DNA of 64,000 nucleotides from Oculina patagonica (Eukaryota): NCBI RefSeq assembly GCF_052425735.1, contig NC_135760.1, positions 26,102,001 to 26,166,000 of the forward strand, read 5' to 3'. Shown piece by piece: positions 26,257 to 38,416 of this stretch (position 1 is its first letter; each line of letters starts with the position of its first letter). The notes under the pieces were generated by a model. It saw only the letters and a program-made list of their open reading frames with translations, ran no database searches and was not told where the DNA came from. The position numbers and the translations under genes were made by a program.

Positions 26257-29200
26257 TAGTTGGCTGATATAAGTTCCATCTAATAGTAAACATGCCGAAC
26301 GAATATTGTTGATTCAATGCCTTTTAATCTCAGCAAGTTGTATGCGAAACACAAATAATGAAAATCAGGAACTCAGTGAAAGATATTCGGTTATTGGACA
26401 CGGCACAGTCTGTTTAAATTGTTCTTTGAAAGTGAAACTTGAAGCAAATTTTAAGAAAAGAAAGAAGACTTGTCGTGACAATTTGTAACTGAGAGGCGTT
26501 TTTCACTTGACCCCCCCGGATGGTATGTCAACGGTGATAGTAGGACTTATTCCGAGAATTAGGGAGAACCCCTTTTTGTTTATTTAGCTTTCTTGTATGT
26601 ATGCGTATGCTAAAAGGACAAATAAGACAACCCCCCTTTAGAAGGTTGTCTTTAATGGGCGGGTGTGTTTCATCCACTGAGCAACTGAGGTCGGTTATCA
26701 AGGTTATGCTAATTTTTTTTTCGCAATCAAATTATGTAATGTTTCATGTCATCTCCATCTCTTTAGAAATTTTTGGCAAACAAGAAGTTTAACAAGCTTG
26801 GCTTAAACACAAGGAAGGTACGTGTAGGTAACATATATAATTTCATGCTATAAAATAGTGCGCGAAAAAATGTTTCGACGCCTCTAAATGTCAGCAAGAT
26901 GAAAGGGATTAAATTGAACTAAAAACAAAAGGAATCGAAGGAATATATGCGGTCTATAGATAGTACGAACTGTTAATTAAATATAATAAAAAAAAATGTC
27001 GGATTTCAAGATAACGAGGATTGAGGGTGATCCTTAATTCCTGGAAAGCGTAACAGTTTGTGATAATGAAAGCAGCAATTATTGCGTTTGCTGTAGGAGA
27101 ACGGGGAACATTGGGTGACCGAATAAGCTCAAGGCGGGCTCAGTTCGCATTTATGAAGGCTTCTATCTCAGGATTTGACGCTGTTGACGAAACTTTCTCA
27201 CCAGAAAGAAAAGGTAAATGAACACTTTCTGTCTAAGGCAAGCGAAATGGGACAGATAAAACCTTGAAGGGAAAATTCGGAGAAAAACGTGATCGAAGTA
27301 GTTCGATGAGGCATCGACGCAGCTGCTTATACTAAATACAAACATTCCCTTTGGAACACCAGCGGAGCTCAAATCGTTCGTTGCTTGATATAATTTTTAA
27401 ATTTTGGCTGATTTTGGCTGATTTTGGGAGAGTTGTAACTGATACGGCCAGCCATTCGACCAGGGTTTTCTCAGTAGTGTTGATGACAAAATCGTAAGTG
27501 ACTTGCGTACTATTCGCGTCGATATGAAATGTTTCCAATCTGATGTCAGGGAGTTGTTATATTCAGCCAAATTCTCAATTTGTTGTTTAGAAACACTTGG
27601 AATAAATTTACGGAAATCACGTAATATATTTACAAAACCTCAATGTTGGAAAGAAAATATCCATCAGGTTTATTTGAGCGCGTTTTGTGTTTGCTAAGTT
27701 TTCGTTTAACAAATCTGTTCCTATATCTAACAGGCGAAAGGTGAGTCGTTTACTCGAATTGAATAAAGAGCTTATTTAATTGTCTTTTTTAATCGGCGAA
27801 AACGTAACTGTACGAAGATAAATAAAAATAAATCAATCAACTTTGTTTTAGGAGGGTTGCACGTATTATTTTCGACAAAACGACAAAGCTGAAGCGAGAA
27901 ACTTCCATTTCTGTGAATCTCCGACATCGCTTTGACACATAAAATAATTGTTCTCATGTGGTAATTGATTTACATTGAGGATTTTTCCCAGAAAAATTAC
28001 TACACTCAGTGGAATTTTTGTTTCAACAAGCGTTTTTGTAGTCGGGTGAAGATCAAAGTGATTTCTTAATTGTAATACATCGCTTTCTGTTAGTATCTTG
28101 AACATCAAAAACGGGAACTGAGAGTTGAACGTGTAGTTGGCATCCAAGATGGTGGCGTTTGATGCTGTGTTGGAGTTCGATTGGAATGACGACCGAGCGT
28201 AAGGAAAGACATAGAACGCATTGAATAGTAAAGTAACAAGTAACAAAAAAGATGTAATGTTATGGAAGCAAAATGTTTAATAAATAAACAATAAACCTTG
28301 TTGTTACGTTGTTGCTGTTGTCAATTCCAGTAAGTGCCCATCCCTCTGGCATAACTGAGTCATGCAATTGCTTACATTTCTTTTATCGACACCCGGGCAT
28401 AACACAGCAGATTCACAGAAAGACATTCAGTTACAAGGAGAATACTGAGAAGTAGAACTTTTTTGTGCCTTGGTTTACTCTCAATAATTCTTATTATCTT
28501 ATTGTCCCCAACAAGACAAAATGCTAATACCTGGGGAGTAAATAAGCTCTTAAGATAGGGGAGATGGAAACTGTTTAAATAGATCGATGCATTATTACAT
28601 ACGAAATTCACCTTTACAAAATCATAACTGCTATATTGTGTTATATTAAAAGGAGCAAATTTCTTGGAGTTTGGGAAATTCCGTCTAAACTTCCTTACAG
28701 ACGTACCCATAAGGACGGTTGTGTGAATTGTTCTATAAAGACAACATCTTGCATATTTCTTAATGAGCTACTCAGTTGCCTGATATCTTCATTTCTCTGG
28801 TAAGTTGAGTGCGGCAAAGAAGAGCATTTGACAAGTTTTGTGGGTTATCAAATGCCCCTGACGTTATCAAGATGTTTTGAGAAAGCCAATCCTGAAAAGC
28901 ACGGAATATTACAATAATGTAAGATATTTTGTTACTGGAGACAGCACTGTCAATGTTGTTAATCGAAAGAGAAAACGTATTTCGAACTTCGAGGAAAGGT
29001 AGTCTTTGACTCTGGCTACCATATTTCTGGTGTCTGAGAGGAATTTTTTCGCGTTTTGCTAATGGATTCCCGGTACATACGCCAACTATGAAAGGAGGAT
29101 CAATCTTGGATTGGGAAACCCTCTAAACTTCTTTTTTCTTACTTAACTATAGCTAAGCTGTCTTAACTGGGTGATGTATTATGCACAGTCTCCTACAAAG

Positions 29201-29671
29201 GTAGGTAGGTAGGTAGGTAGGTAGCTGGTAAACCTCATTAAGCCAGGGTGGCCCATTCAGCGGTAGAAAATCTGCCGATTGCCAAAAAGGTCCTTGGTTC
29301 GCCACTTAGATCTCCTGTAACCATGCATACATTCGACACCGTGCAAAAAAACCTGGTCAAAATAAAGTGCCTTTTACTTTGGGGTGTACTGCTGCTGTAG
29401 GCCAAAAAGGAGATTTATGTATTGAGTATCGAGTCCATCGGTGTACCTCAACGAGATTTTCTCCACTGCAAATTGTAATTTTTAAAGGAACTCTTAAATT
29501 GCCACAGAAACTGTAACTTGTATATTATTGTCACTGAGTTACCACACAACACCTGTTTTCTGTTAAGTAACCAAAGGATTCCTGTAGTTACTCGAAGATG
29601 CTTCATAGAACTCACATCTCACTCATTTCTTGTAGAATTAACAAGTGACAAGTGCAGTTAATGAACAAAAG

Positions 29672-31410
29672 ATGACAAAAGAAAGTGGAATTTACGTAGC
29701 TGTAAGCACTTGTGAACTCTTCCTTTGTTTTGGAGCTATTGCTTTACTGGGCTACATTATTTCGTGCTTTTCTGAAGTCTTGATGGTTCTTTGTTTTACC
29801 ATACTGATGTATATCGAAGATCATAACACTGAAGATGAGTCCGAAAGTCATGGTGAGTAGAGTGCCGCGCTAAGCAAGGCCCTTCCTTTGTTGTGCCTCA
29901 CTATACTTTGACAGACATAAAAAGGTACGATGTATCTCACTACACTTCAAGGAAATCATCCTCCTTTAAAGACAAAAAGATACTAAAATCGTGGCTATGG
30001 TAACCTATATTGCTAAAACACTATGATCATATGCAATCTTTATGGTGTTATTTGGCATAAATCGAAGATTTCTTGCCCGTCGAACTTTTAGTTTCAAAAT
30101 TCGCACCTTGAGGCTAAAAAACCACATCGTGCCTTGACTATTGTACTCGACTTTTTTCCAAAACTGGTACTTTATGTGTTATTTCTTAAATAAGGTAATC
30201 AAATGACCAGACAGACAACTAAGCTAACGGAAACTTGACAAGCAATAAATTGTTATAACAAACAATTAAATCACCTGACTGACAGATGGTACAAAATGGA
30301 AAAAGTTGAATGAAAGTTATACGCCAAATTTGAAGCTAATATCACATCTTGTCAATTATTGTCCACAGATGTAAAGGTGAAGACGTCAGTCGCTCCACAC
30401 TTTTGTAGTGGTTTACTGTCGTTGGAAAGTTTTGCCCAGATTGTGGATGAGACCCCACATGACATCAGTGTAGCAGCCGCTCGGCGAATGATGCCTAACC
30501 TCCTCGGTCTTGTAAACGAGGCTCACGAAGCTTTCCAAACTGCTGAATCCAGAATACAAGAGATTAATGACAAGTTGGACATCGAGCTTCAGGATATTGT
30601 GGTACAGGAAAAAAACACAGATGACCGCCTTCGCACAAACTAAAGAAGATTTGGCAAAACTGGAAGAAAGGGCGAAAGTACTTCAAGATGAACGCAATGA
30701 ATTGGAGCGACAACTTTCCAATGACGAGACAAATCTTAGAAGGGACAAAGAACGTTTAGAAGAAAAGAAGGCCAAACTTGAAAAGGAAGAAAGAGAACGC
30801 GTTCCGAAAACTGTTATAACTGGTGTAGCAGCTGGTGTTTATTGGAACACTTCTCCTTGGACCATTTGGCGGAGTTCTTGCTGGTGGTGTGACTGGCGTA
30901 GCAACAAATGAAGCTTTAAAGAAGGATATCGAAAATGCTGAAAGGGCAGTCAGCGAAGCTTCGACTCAGTTAACACGCACCAGAGACAGGATTGACGACA
31001 AGAAATCAGAACTTTCCAACTTGGCAAATGAAAAAGAAAAACAAAGAAAGAACCACAAGGCGAAAAGCAAGGAGCTGGAAATGGTGAAACTACGCAAGGA
31101 AGAAATAAAATATTCCCAGGCACGATTAGCAAGATTAAATGAATCCATCAAAAGTTGTGCAATGCTGGTGGGCACCACGACAACACGAGCAAACATGATG
31201 GCAATCGAAGCAAATGATGAGTTACCTGATATCGAACTTATGATCTTTCCCTTGAAAGCAATTGCTGATGATCTCTCTGATGCGTCTCTAAGCACCAGCC
31301 GCCTGTTATCTGGGAATGTTGATATGAAAGGAATAGGATGTAAGATCCAAATGATAACTTCCAAAGCACTGAAAGCCATCACACAAGGCGATATGGACGA
31401 ATGGGCATGA
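29672..31410 (+). pseudogene. Coiled-coil / hydrophobic-hairpin protein, copy A; two +1 frameshifts (pseudogene or assembly indel errors)
   Basis: Exon 29672..29852 (ESH G|gtgagt) and exon 30369..31410, clearly homologous to copy B. Extra base near 30634 (cttcgcacaaac vs cttcgacaaac in B) and near 30840 (ggtgtttattgga) split it over three ORFs. Confidence 0.8.
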
Positions 31411-31490
31411 GAACATTTAAAATGCTTTGTAAAAATAAGACAAGTCAAGTGTGTATGGTACTGTTACACACTGCGCAAACAGCTAGCTTT

Positions 31491-31789
31491 TAGCCATGCC
31501 ATACGCCCATAGTTACAGAGACCAGATTAGCCGGGGGGGGGGGGGCAGGGCGGGGGGCCGCGGAGGGGGAGACGGACGACGGGCGCACAGCACAAGGGGA
31601 GAGGGGACAGGGAGAGACGAACGGAGGGAGACGGAACGCCGAAGACGGCGGAAGACACAGCCCCAGAGGACAAGGGGGGACCAAGGACAGAGGGCAAAGG
31701 CCAAGAAGACAAGGGGAGGGGGAGAGGCCAGCGGCACAACCCAACAACCCGCCCCCCCCCCGGGCAGATTAGCGGCTTTGGCATGACAA
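31491..31789. mobile_element. GC-rich insertion 3' of copy A, absent from copy B
   Basis: Imperfect TIR tagccatgcca / tggcatgacaa; G-rich interior; the flanks align with the copy B 3' region. Confidence 0.55.
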
Positions 31790-32639
31790 ATTACATTAAG
31801 CTATTGGTAAAGGACATTTCAAAAGGTTATGACTGTATTTTACATCCATAATCCTCTTCGCGCCTAAGAGGCACATAAGGCTGAATGACTGTATTTCACA
31901 AAACGCCTTTTAGTATCTGTCGCAATAAGCTGCGACGTTATGCTTAGGGCACAACAGATGATAGATCTGTTATTTGATTCAATTTCAAACCAGGTTAAAA
32001 TAAAGTGACGTTTACAGTTAGATTGTTTTAATATAAGGATCAAACTAACTGAGACATTTCCATTTATTCCATGAAAACGATTTAAATGACAAACCTTTGT
32101 ATAATGTACTAATTATAAGTTATAATATAAGAATTCCATTGCTACAAATGGACCATTTTACCAGTGGCTGGTGCGCTAATGCATCCGGGAACGATGAATT
32201 ATAAATCATTTAATATAGCAGCAGCTAGTGTGATATTAGTTTAATTTCTTCCTTTCATTCCTTTTTTTGCTTGGATGTTTATATTTCGCCAATTAATTTC
32301 TGGTTGCGTTTTTTACAAATAAAAATGCAAAAAAATATATTTTTGTGTTTTGTATATCTTGTAGTAAAAGTCGTATGGTAAACATTGTACCGCCTGCAAT
32401 TAAGTTAAATGCTGTGTAACACTCAGTATTGCGTAGTGCCAGACTGCTAGCAGACTGTACCGGTGGTGGTCTTGGGGGAAAGGGGTGGGGGTATAGCGTT
32501 TATAGCCGTTCCCTGACACCAAGAAACGGTCCACGAGAAAAAATGCTATTTCTTCTATTACTGTGTCAAGAAGTCGAGTTGAGACTCAAGAGATCGACTG
32601 TACCTAGTTTCCCCATTATATATAGCATTCTCGGAAGGA

Positions 32640-33015
32640 AGGATTCAGTCTAGAATATTGCTTCTTTGAATACATCACATGCACAACTTTTATAGGTGAA
32701 AGGCGTAATTGTTCTAGGAATAAGGGAAACCCCTTTTAACTTCCTGTTTATTGCTTCTGGAGGGCATTTCCTCTATTCCTAGAATATTGCTTCTTTCAAT
32801 ATATCACGCGAACCACTTGCCTGGGCAAAGGGGAATATTGTTCGAGAAATAAAGGCACCCCCTCTAGACTTCCTGTTTACTACTTTTAAGAGGTTATTTC
32901 CCTTGATCCTCAGGAACATTGCCTCTTTCAACTCATCACGTGCACCACTTGCCCAGGTGAAAGGTGTAAATGTCTCAGGAATAAGGGACCCCCCTCTTAA
33001 CTTCCTGTTTACTGC
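32640..33015 (+). repeat. Three tandem ~125-bp copies of the palindromic promoter core
   Basis: Repeated unit ...tagaatattgcttcttt...aggaataagggaaacccc...aacttcctgttta at ~32650, ~32780 and ~32910. Confidence 0.7.
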
Positions 33016-35399
33016 TGAAGTAAGCTGCCTTTACAGACTAGTGTATTGCCATTCAATTGAGGGTCGGTTTTGTTAATAATATTGTTCTTCTTCTGTTTTC
33101 TTGCAGTTCCATTTCTCCTGTGGCTCTGAATTGAAAACAAGACAAGTTTGGTTTTAGCAAGAGGTAGGTACTATGAGGGAGCTGATATCAATTTCTACTT
33201 AAATATGCCGAACAAATATTGTTCATTCGATGCCTTTAAATGGAAGTAAGTTGTATGGGAAAAACAAATCCTGAAAATCCTGGAAATCAATGAAAGATAT
33301 TCGGTTAATGGATACGGAACAGTCTGTTTAAGTTGTTGTTTGAAAAGGAAACTTGTAGCAAATTACTAGAAAAGAAAGATAGACTTATCGTGACAAATAG
33401 TACCTGACAGGCGTTTTTCACTTGACCTCCCGAAGTAATTATTCTGAGAATTAGGGAAAAACCCCCGTTAAACTTTCTGTTTACTAAGCTCTCTTGCATG
33501 CCTATGCTGGATAAAGAAATAAGGCAGCCCCCCTTAAGAAGGCTGTCAGCTGTCTTCAAAAGGCTGTCAGTCTTAACTGGTGTGTTTCTTCCAGGGCGCA
33601 TTATATAATTTTCCGAATTATCTACTGTTTCATGACGTCTTCATTTCTCCCGTAAGGTTAATGAAACAAAAACTTTGACAAGCTTGGCTTAAACAGTTGG
33701 AAGGTAGGTAACTTATGTTCTAGGCAATACAAAAAGTTCACGAAAGAGAATTCAACGCATAACGTAAACTTGATCGACAACCTTTACGCCAACTATACAT
33801 CAGGTTAGGCTTCTTATTCACATCATACGTGAAAAGGGTCAAACTTTGGCAGTTGGTGGAAGCCATGTGATCGGGTATGGGAATCGATGCCTGGCGGACG
33901 GTCAAAAATGGCGGTGAGAGGAGAAGTATGCTTGTATGTACTGTATTGTATTGTATTGTATGCTGTTGGCGGTCTAGGAAGAACTACAAATGGCGGTTTG
34001 CGGAATGTACGACCCCTTTACAATAGACCTTAATTCCTAGAATGCCAGCATGATGAATGGGATAACACAGAAAATAATGGAAAAAAATCGTGGTTATTGG
34101 AGACAGCACTGTCATCTTTTTTGTTCGAAAGGAAAAACTTGTACTGATTGAACTTTGAGGAGGGATAGACTTTGATCCTGGCTACCTTATTTTCGGTGAC
34201 TTATTTTCGGTTTTAGTTTAGTTTCAGTTTATTTTCTTTGTCACACAAATTTACAACTAATTACAAGAAAGAAACAAAAAAGAAAAATAGCAAGAAAAAA
34301 GAAACAAAAAAAACCGTGCGTCAGGAGGCAGAAACAGGGCAAAGCCCCAATTGACATCGACCCCCTGAGACAAGTATCAAAAGGATATAAAAACATTTCA
34401 CACTGTAAGAAGATTAAAAGGGAAAAAAGAACGTTAAAAATGGCGGCGGCTGATATAGGCTAAGCTTATTTATATAATACTTATTATTGAGATTCTTAAA
34501 TTGAGTGATTGTAGAGCTATTCTTAATTACACTGGGGAGATTACTCTAATTTTTAACAGTCCTAGGAAAGTATGAGTTCGAAAAATATGACTGATCGATA
34601 GGATGTTTTGGAATTTCCTCATGAGATCATGCATGTGAAAGGAGCATTTATTCTAGGAAATAGGAAACCCCCCTCTAAACTTCCTGTTTACTAGTAAGCT
34701 AACTTAACAGGGTGGTGTATGGTGAAAATCCAGTCTCCTAAGAAGTTCTTCGAAAAAAATGTTATCGCTCTCAACTGAAAAGGAACGTAGTATTTTCGTT
34801 TCATGTTTCGAGCCTTTACTAGTCCAACAGTTGCAATTGGCACAGCTGAAAAATTGCGACAAGGCGATGCTTTCAAACTCGTTAACTTTTTTTTACTAAA
34901 TTTGGATCACTGAAAAAGGAAAACACACATCTTTGATATTTGCGTGAAGTGGGAAAAATAGAATAAACCAGCTCAAATGCTACACGGAGTTGTTTTGATC
35001 AGAAATGCCAAGAATGAGCTAACGGCGGAAAATCTGCAGATTCAGGGAGAGCATTGCCAAAACGTTCTTCGGCTTGGCACTAATATCTTTTGTAACCATG
35101 GATACAACCGATTATATAACCTGGTCAAAAGAAAGCGCCCTCTACTGTGATGTGTACTGCTGGTGTTTCCCAAAGAGAATATTTATGTGTTAAGAATTGA
35201 GTAGATCGATCTACCTCAAAGAGTTTTGCTCCACTCCAGAAAGTAACTTGTTAAAACTATTCGAAACTATCCAAGTGTGATAGACGTGTTCCCTTAGTTT
35301 AACTTCTTTTGTGTACTGAGGGCTCATGCAGTTATGACGCCAGTTGTGGAGGACAGTTTATAGAACTCACATCTTACTCCTTTCTTGTAGAATTAATAA

Positions 35400-37392
35400 A
35401 TGACAAGTGCAGCAGTTGATGAACAAAAGATGTCACATGAAAGTCATGGTTAGTAAAGTGGTTAATGAAGGGCATCTTGAAGTTTATTCAGTTCTGATTC
35501 GTAAATTTTCCGTTGTGATACGTGGAGCCTGTATGTTCTCCCATTGTTTTCCATTCACTGAAATAATAATGAACTCCAATTTTCAAAGGGACAATTCTCT
35601 TTATTGCTGCCTTAAAAGTACATAAACTTGTAGGTTTTGGACTGCAATCCCCGAGGGTTTCTACTATAGGACAGTTTAACTACTCGCTGTCTGGCTACGG
35701 ATTTCTTTCAAAAACAAGTATCGGCCCACAGTTTCAACAACAACGACAACAACAAGGTTTATTTGAAACTGTAAACTTACAAGTAACAACTTAAACAATA
35801 AATAAATTAAAAATACATACAGTTTACATTCTTGTTTTGGGGGGGGGGGCACAGTTTCATTTAAAACATATCAAACTTTTGCATGCTCTTTCATTTTTAA
35901 TATCTACTTTTCTATTAGGTGAATTCCTAAATTGGAAACGAAGTAAATGACAAAAGATGAAAAAAAAAAACAGAGGACATAACGCAGATGTCACTTAATG
36001 GAGAAGGAAGAAAGAGCGGTGTACTGCGTGTACTTTAGGCATAAGTGGGCACCGCCGGAATTCATATCTCTGATCCTAATATTAACAATTAGGCCTTCCA
36101 ACAAATTTTCTCTTACACGTTTTACCAAACTTTGACCGTTTGCTGGCACCTCATTCGACCTTCGCACCCAAAACTTTGATATTTTCTTTCTAGACAAGGC
36201 AGGAATTCAAATGACTGGACAAACGACAGCGGTGATTGACAAATGATAAAATGTCATGACACAGTTAAATGACCTGAGTTACGGTTATATTCACGTTACA
36301 AAATGGGTGATCTGAAATGAAAGTTATAACGCCCACTCTGACGCTTATATTGCATCTTGTCAATTATTCTCCACAGATGTAAAGGTGAGGACGTCAGTCT
36401 CTCCACACTTTTGTAGTGGTTTACTGTCGTTAGAAAGTTTTGCCCAGATTGTGGATGAGACCCCACATGACATCAGTGTAGCAGCCGCTCGGCGAATGAT
36501 GCCTAACCTCCTCGGTCTTGTTAACGAGGCTCACGAAGCTTTCCAAACTGCTGAATCCAGAATACAAGAGATTAATGACAAGTTGGACAACGAGCTTGAG
36601 GATATTGTGGTACAGGAGAAAACCACAGATGACCGCCTTCGACAAACTCAAGAAGATTTAGCAAAACTAAAGGAAAGGGGAAAAGTACTACAAGATGAGA
36701 GCAATGGATTGAAGCGACAACTTGCCAATGACGAAGCAGATCATGGAAGGGAGAGAAAGTACTTTAAAGAGAAGAGAGCCAAACTTGAAGAGAAAAGAAA
36801 AAAACGCGGCCCCAAAACTGTACTGTATACCCTTGGTGGAGCACTTTTGGGTGGACCGGTCGGAGCTGCTGCTGCTAGTATAATAACAGCTGTAGCTCTA
36901 CAGAAGGATATCGATAATGCTGAAAAAGCAGACGACGAAGCCTGGACTCAGCTAATGCGCACCAAGGATAGGATCCGTGACAAAGGAACAGAACTTTCCA
37001 ACTTGTCGAATGAAAAAAAAAAGCTTAGAAAGAACCACACGACGAAAAGCAAGGAGATCAAAATGCTCAAGCTGCGCAAGACAGAAATAAAACATTCCCA
37101 GGCGCGATTAGCAAGATTGAATGTATCCATCAAAAGTTGTACAATGCTGGTTGGTACCACGACAACACGAGCAAACATGATGGCAGTCGAAGCAAATGGT
37201 GGGTTACCTGATATCGAAGCCATGATCTCTCCCTTGAAAGCAATTGCTGATGATCTCTCTGATGCGTCTCTAAGCAACAGCCGCCTGTTATCTGGGAATG
37301 TTGACATGAAAGGAATAGGATGTAAGATCCAAATGATAACTTCCAAAGCACTGAAAACCATCACACAAGGCGATATAGACGAATGGGCATGA
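35400..37392 (+). CDS. Uncharacterised ~354-aa coiled-coil protein with a Gly-rich hydrophobic hairpin, copy B (intact); putative small subunit of an alpha-pore-forming-like pair
   Basis: join(35400..35448,36377..37392); 1065 nt in frame, with an in-frame TAA just upstream of the ATG. MTSAAVDEQKMSHESH|DVKVRTS... long helix, TVLYTLGGALLGGPVGAAAASIITAVAL, long helix ...DIDEWA. Confidence 0.85.
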
Positions 37393-38416
37393 GTATATAA
37401 AAATCCTATATACAAATCATGAGGAAAAGTCAAGTGTGTATGGTATTGATACACACTGAGCACTAGTAACAGATTTAACTCATTTTCGTTTCAAACATCT
37501 AGAGAGACCAGATAAATGGCATTGGTGTTCTAATTTATAACGGACACCTTTTATACAGTTTCTTGAGTGTTCATTTACATCTAGCTATTGGTGAAGGGGT
37601 TTTTAAAGGGCTATGACTGTATTTTACAAAATGCTTTTCAGTATCTATCGCAATGAGCTGCAGTGTAATATTTTGAGCACAAAGGATGACAAATCTGTTA
37701 CTTGATTTCAATTAAATTACTTACTTACTAATTTCAAACCAGTGTAAAATAAAGTGCAATGCACAGTCAGATGGTATCAATAAGTATACAACGAACCGAG
37801 ACGTTGCCATAAATTCCATGAAAACGAGTTGAATGACAAACCTTACAAAATGTAATTAGTTATAAAATTAGAATTCCATGGTACAAAGGGGGGGAGCGTG
37901 AGAGGGGGGGGTATTCGCGGCGGGGGCGATTATTTTTGGCACTCGTGCACCATGAAACGATAAATAAAACAAGTTTTCACTTGTTTATATTAACAAGTTA
38001 AAACAAGTTAAAGTTGCTGTTTATATTAACAATAACACAAGTTTTAACAGGTTTTAACTTGTTTATATTAACAAAAATACTGTACTATATTAACCTAACC
38101 GCAAAAATGGCTGCTAGGTTAATATAGTACAGTGTGATATCAGTAGACAAATCGTTAAAGAATACGCGCATTATATTTTCTTGGACGGTTAATATGTCAT
38201 CAATTAATTGCTGGTTGCTTCTTTACAAATAAAAAATGTAAACATCTTTTTGTGATTTATCTTGTAAGTAAATATCGTATGGTAACGTTATATGGCCTGC
38301 GATTTAGTAAACACTGTTTAACGGTATTGCAGACTGTCTTTCACAGGAAAGAGAGAATGCTAACAGTCTAGTATAGTGTATAATCGTTGTCTGTAACGAT
38401 CCACGCTAAAACAGTT

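Noticed and set aside
31490-31786. Overlapping Pro/Gly/Arg-rich ORFs
   Set aside because: Products of a G/C-rich low-complexity insertion.
30966-37463. Antisense ORFs 30966-31448 and 36948-37463
   Set aside because: Shadow frames opposite the real coiled-coil exons; their similarity follows from the duplication.
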